Shown here piece after piece: positions 60,572 to 64,000 of a stretch of 64,000 nt of DNA. The notes beneath the pieces were generated by a model that saw only the letters and a program-made list of their open reading frames with translations, had not been told where the DNA came from and did no database searches. Source of the DNA: an uncultured Nitrososphaerota archaeon (GTDB lineage: Archaea; Thermoproteota; Nitrososphaeria; Nitrososphaerales; Gagatemarchaeaceae); the NCBI GenBank assembly GCA_963718895.1, contig CAVRAG010000008.1, positions 192,001 through 256,000 of the forward strand, read 5' to 3'. Made by a program: the position numbers and the translations under genes. Numbering within the stretch: position 1 is the first letter of the stretch; the number at the start of each line of letters is the position of its first letter.

Positions 60572-60664
60572 GGAACGATAGGGATGACCAGGCGTTAAAA
60601 ACTTTGCATAGAATCATCCATCAGCTCATCGCACAATCGTCTTCACGTGCGAGAGAGGGGTTGA

Positions 60665-61330
60665 TCAGACCGTGAGCGACGGCTTCTCCTTCTTGGACCT
60701 GTTCCAGTCGTCGAGGAACTTCTTCAAGCCCGCGTCTGTGAGCGGGTGCATCATCATCTTCTCCATGACTTCCGGGGGCATCGTCGCTATCCCCGCGCCG
60801 AGCTTCGCGGCCTCGAGGACGTGCTGCGGGCCCCTGATGCTCGCCACGAGCACCTCGGCCTTCAGGGAGTAGTTCTGCTTGATCGCGACCAGGTCCTCGA
60901 TGACGGCCATCCCCCTCTGGCCTATGTCGTCGAGCCTACCGATGAACGGGCTGATGTAGGAGGCGCCCGCCTTGGCGGCCAGGAGGCCCTGGTTGGCGGA
61001 GAAGATCAGCGTGACGTTGACGGGTATCCCCATCGAGCTCACGGTCTTTGTGGCCCGGAGCCCCTCCGGTATCATGGGGATCTTGACGACGACGTTGGGC
61101 GCGACCTTCGAGAGGTGCTTCGCTTCGCTCACGATCCCGTCGTGGTCGGTCGAGACGACCTCGGCGCTGACGGGTCCGTTGACCTCCTTGCAGATCGCTG
61201 CGACTATCTCCTCGAAGACGCCCGGCTCCTTCGCGACAAGGGAAGGGTTGGTGGTCACGCCGTCCACTAGGCCCATCTGGTTGTACTTCCTTATCGCTGC
61301 CAGGTTGGCGGTGTCGAGGTAGAACTTCAT
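60665..61330 (-). CDS. tal: Transaldolase (FSA/TalC family)
   Basis: FYLDTAN, GVTTNPSL, VVKIP and SPFIGRLDD motifs. Confidence 0.93.
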   Translation of the reverse strand: MKFYLDTANLAAIRKYNQMGLVDGVTTNPSLVAKEPGVFEEIVAAICKEVNGPVSAEVVSTDHDGIVSEAKHLSKVAPNVVVKIPMIPEGLRATKTVSSMGIPVNVTLIFSANQGLLAAKAGASYISPFIGRLDDIGQRGMAVIEDLVAIKQNYSLKAEVLVASIRGPQHVLEAAKLGAGIATMPPEVMEKMMMHPLTDAGLKKFLDDWNRSKKEKPSLTV

Positions 61331-61420
61331 CGTTCTCCGCGAGGGCCGATTTTTCTATTTAAGTGCTAGCCAAGGCCGCCGATGGACCTTATCTACCGCG
61401 AGGGCCGCATCCCGCGCTGC

Positions 61421-61990
61421 ATGAACAAGGTCATCGAGGCCATCGCTTCGCGGAGGACGGTCAAGAGGATGGACGCCGACAGGGCGCCGTCGCGCGCCGA
61501 CGTCGAGGCCGTCATCGAGGCGGCGACCTGGGCCCCGAACCACCACATGACCGAGCCCTGGAGGTTCGTCGTGCTCGAGGACGGCGCCCGGATGAGGCTG
61601 GGGCAGGCGCTCGCCGCGGCCCTGGCCGCCTCGTCCGCCGAGCCGATCCTGGAGGAGCGGCTCCGGAAGGAGAGGGAGAAGCCTCTCTCGTCGCCCGTGA
61701 TCATCGCGCTGATAGGGGTGCCCGGGAGGGGGGAGAACATCGTCGCCCAGGAGGAGGTAGTCGCCGCGGGCGCCGCTCTGCAGAACATGCTGCTCGCAGC
61801 CCACTCGCTCGGGCTGGCGACCTCGGTGAGGACCGGCGCGCACTCCTATTCGGAAGGGATCAGGACCTTCTTCGAGATGAGCGAAGGCGAGAGTCTCATC
61901 GCGATGGTCCACGTCGGGTACGGGTACGGGGCGGTCCCCCCCGGGAGGCGCACGCCCTTTCGTGAGAAGGTCACCTGGGTCACTGGCTGA
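61421..61990 (+). CDS. Nitroreductase family protein
   Basis: IASRRTVK, APNHHMTEPWRF and QNMLLAAHSLGL motifs. Confidence 0.9.
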   Translation: MNKVIEAIASRRTVKRMDADRAPSRADVEAVIEAATWAPNHHMTEPWRFVVLEDGARMRLGQALAAALAASSAEPILEERLRKEREKPLSSPVIIALIGVPGRGENIVAQEEVVAAGAALQNMLLAAHSLGLATSVRTGAHSYSEGIRTFFEMSEGESLIAMVHVGYGYGAVPPGRRTPFREKVTWVTG

Positions 61991-62000
61991 AGGTCGCGCC

Positions 62001-64000
62001 TCAGTTCTCTGCTTCGGGGTCTTCGGGGACAGTCTTCCGCTGGCTCAGTTTCGACGGCCACCAGTTGAACCTCTCCGCTATGCCCATGAGCGCGGGGACG
62101 AAGAACAGTATGACGACCCCCACGTCTATCACCACGGCGGCCGCGACCACGAAGCCGATCTCGCCAGCAGGGCGATGTCGGTGGCTACGAACGAGGAGAA
62201 GACCGTGGCGAGCACGAGTCCCAAGCCCGAAGATGGTGACCCAGGTCTTCTGGAGCGCCGTCTTTATGGCGTCGTCGTCGGTCTTCCCCTTCAGAGCCTC
62301 CTCCCTTATCCTGGTGACGAAGAAGATGTCGTAGTCGATGCCCACCCCGAGCATGGTCACGACGACGAAGAGCGGCGCGAAGTCGAGTATCGGGAGGCCC
62401 TGGACGTAGAAGAAGACCAGGGCTAGCAGGGCGGACGAGAAGACCACGCTGCAGAGGATCGTGAGGACCAGCCGCACCGGAGTGAAGGCAGACCTCAGCT
62501 GGATGAAGAGTATCACGTAGATCGCCGCAGCGAGGACGACCACGACCTCGGGCAGTATCCCGTTCAGGAAGGACTGGTTGTCGTAGGTGGACTGCGTGGT
62601 CCCGCCGTAGTAGACGGTGACGCCCCCGACCATCGACAGCCTCCCGATCGACGACTCTACCTTGAGGAGGGTGTCTGATCGCCGCCTGGCTCTGCGCGTC
62701 GCTCTGCAGGCCTACCTGGTATCTGTGCAGTCTCGTTGTTCAGCGCCGATGTCGGAGAGCATCCCGGCAAGGTACTGCGACTGCTCAGGCTGGGGGAGCT
62801 GCAGGACCCCCGTGTAGTTGAACGGCGAGCCGTAGGGCCGCGTCGGCCCGGTGACCGAGACGACCCCGCCCGACCGAGGCCGCTGCCGAGCTGATCGCGT
62901 CCAGCTGCTTCATCAGCGTCTGGTTGAACTGGCCGCATCCGGAGAGGATCGGAGTCGTGGTCGTGACCACGATTATCGCTGGGTCGGTCGTCGAGCTGCC
63001 CAGGTTGTCGGTGAGGACGGTCAGTCCGTGGTTGCTCGGGAAGTCGGGGAAGAGCTTGAGGATGTCGGCCCCGCTCGGCGTGCTCAGAGTGACGTAGAAG
63101 GCGCCGACCGCGAGCGCGGATCACGACCACGACGACCGCGAACTTCCGCCTCAAGGTCCGCTCGCCCATCCTCCTCAGCCTGCTGTACCTCCGGCTGCTC
63201 GCCCTCTTCTTCTGGATCTTCAGTCCGGGCCAGAACAGCCGGTCCTTGAGCGCGAGCTCAAGCGAGGGGAGAAGCGTGAGCGCCGCTGCGATGAGTATCG
63301 AGACGGCTATGGCTATCGCCGTCCCGACGCCGCTGAAGAGCGGGACGTTCGCGACGGCCATCACGACGTAGGCGACGACGACCGTGACACCCGCGGTGAG
63401 GACCGCCTGGCCCGCCCAGCGCATGGATATGGCGACGCTCTCCTCGGTCGAGGCGCCCTTGATCCTCTCCTCCCTGGTCCTTCGGAGCTGGAGCACAGAG
63501 TAGTCGACCGCCAGGCCCAGCACGAGGAGAACCGTCAGCGATGGGGTGAGGAAGGTCAGCGTCCCGTGACCGACGTCGACGACACCGTAGTAGATCACCG
63601 GAAGCCCGATAGCTATCGCTATCCCCCCGACCAGGACCGGGATGATCGCGGCGAGGGGGGCGAGGAGCAGCAGCCCGACGATGGCGAGTGAGGCCAGAAC
63701 GCCCGGGACTATGGTCACCCCGATCACCGGCCCGAAGACCTTCGTGATGTCCGAGGTGAGCACGGCGCCTCCGGTGACGTAGTACGTCCCGAGCGAGGGG
63801 ACGCTCGAGCCCGAGATGTCGGCCCTGAAGGCGGCGATCATCTTGTCGGTGGGCGGGACCGCGAAGTTGTACACCACGATCATCGTCCCGTTGTCTGGGC
63901 TGACGAGACTCCTCGTGATCGAGCGGGACAGGATCAGGGGATACTGGGGATAGCTCTCTCCGGTGACGACCTTGTCGATCCCCGCCCTGACCTGCGACGG
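62001..64000 (-). CDS. MMPL/RND family transporter (5'-truncated by the window edge, several frameshifts)
   Basis: YYVTGG, GLAVDYS, GQAVLTAG and GVGIDYDIF motifs across frames. Confidence 0.85.

Noticed and set aside
1-64000. CRISPR arrays, rRNA genes, transposases, integrases
   Set aside because: No repeat-spacer periodicity, rRNA signature, DDE transposase or tyrosine-recombinase motifs were seen.

Overview
GC-rich archaeal DNA, most consistent with a non-ammonia-oxidising, probably aerobic heterotrophic Nitrososphaerota/TACK lineage. This placement is inferred from archaeal MAT next to Lsm, RadA, Rio2, Rqc2, eL13- and eL22-like proteins, a two-intron tRNA-Tyr, heme O/A synthases and MenA. 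Most of the window is housekeeping and metabolism: pyrG, pyrF, uppS, asnS, sod, transaldolase, a Zn/Mn ABC transporter, thiamine regulation, and an ETF/acyl-CoA/thiolase catabolic cluster. Many single-base frameshifts are present and are probably long-read consensus errors. The main signal is three free-standing LAGLIDADG homing-endonuclease genes, none in an intron or intein. Each lies tail-to-tail with a conserved gene (uppS, tRNA-Tyr, sod), and each neighbour has an altered conserved site close to the nuclease. uppS has a synonymously recoded replacement 3' end, while the apparent original end is stranded beyond the nuclease. sod has an A/T-ending codon patch on its WEHAYY motif. tRNA-Tyr has a T54C change. 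Together these suggest an intron-less 'home and recode' mobile system in an archaeal chromosome. Other oddities are a Tat-signal-bearing ThDP enzyme, an HTH-ferritin regulator with palindromic operators beside a ZIP transporter, a structured intergenic RNA candidate, and several apparent ACG/CTG start codons.
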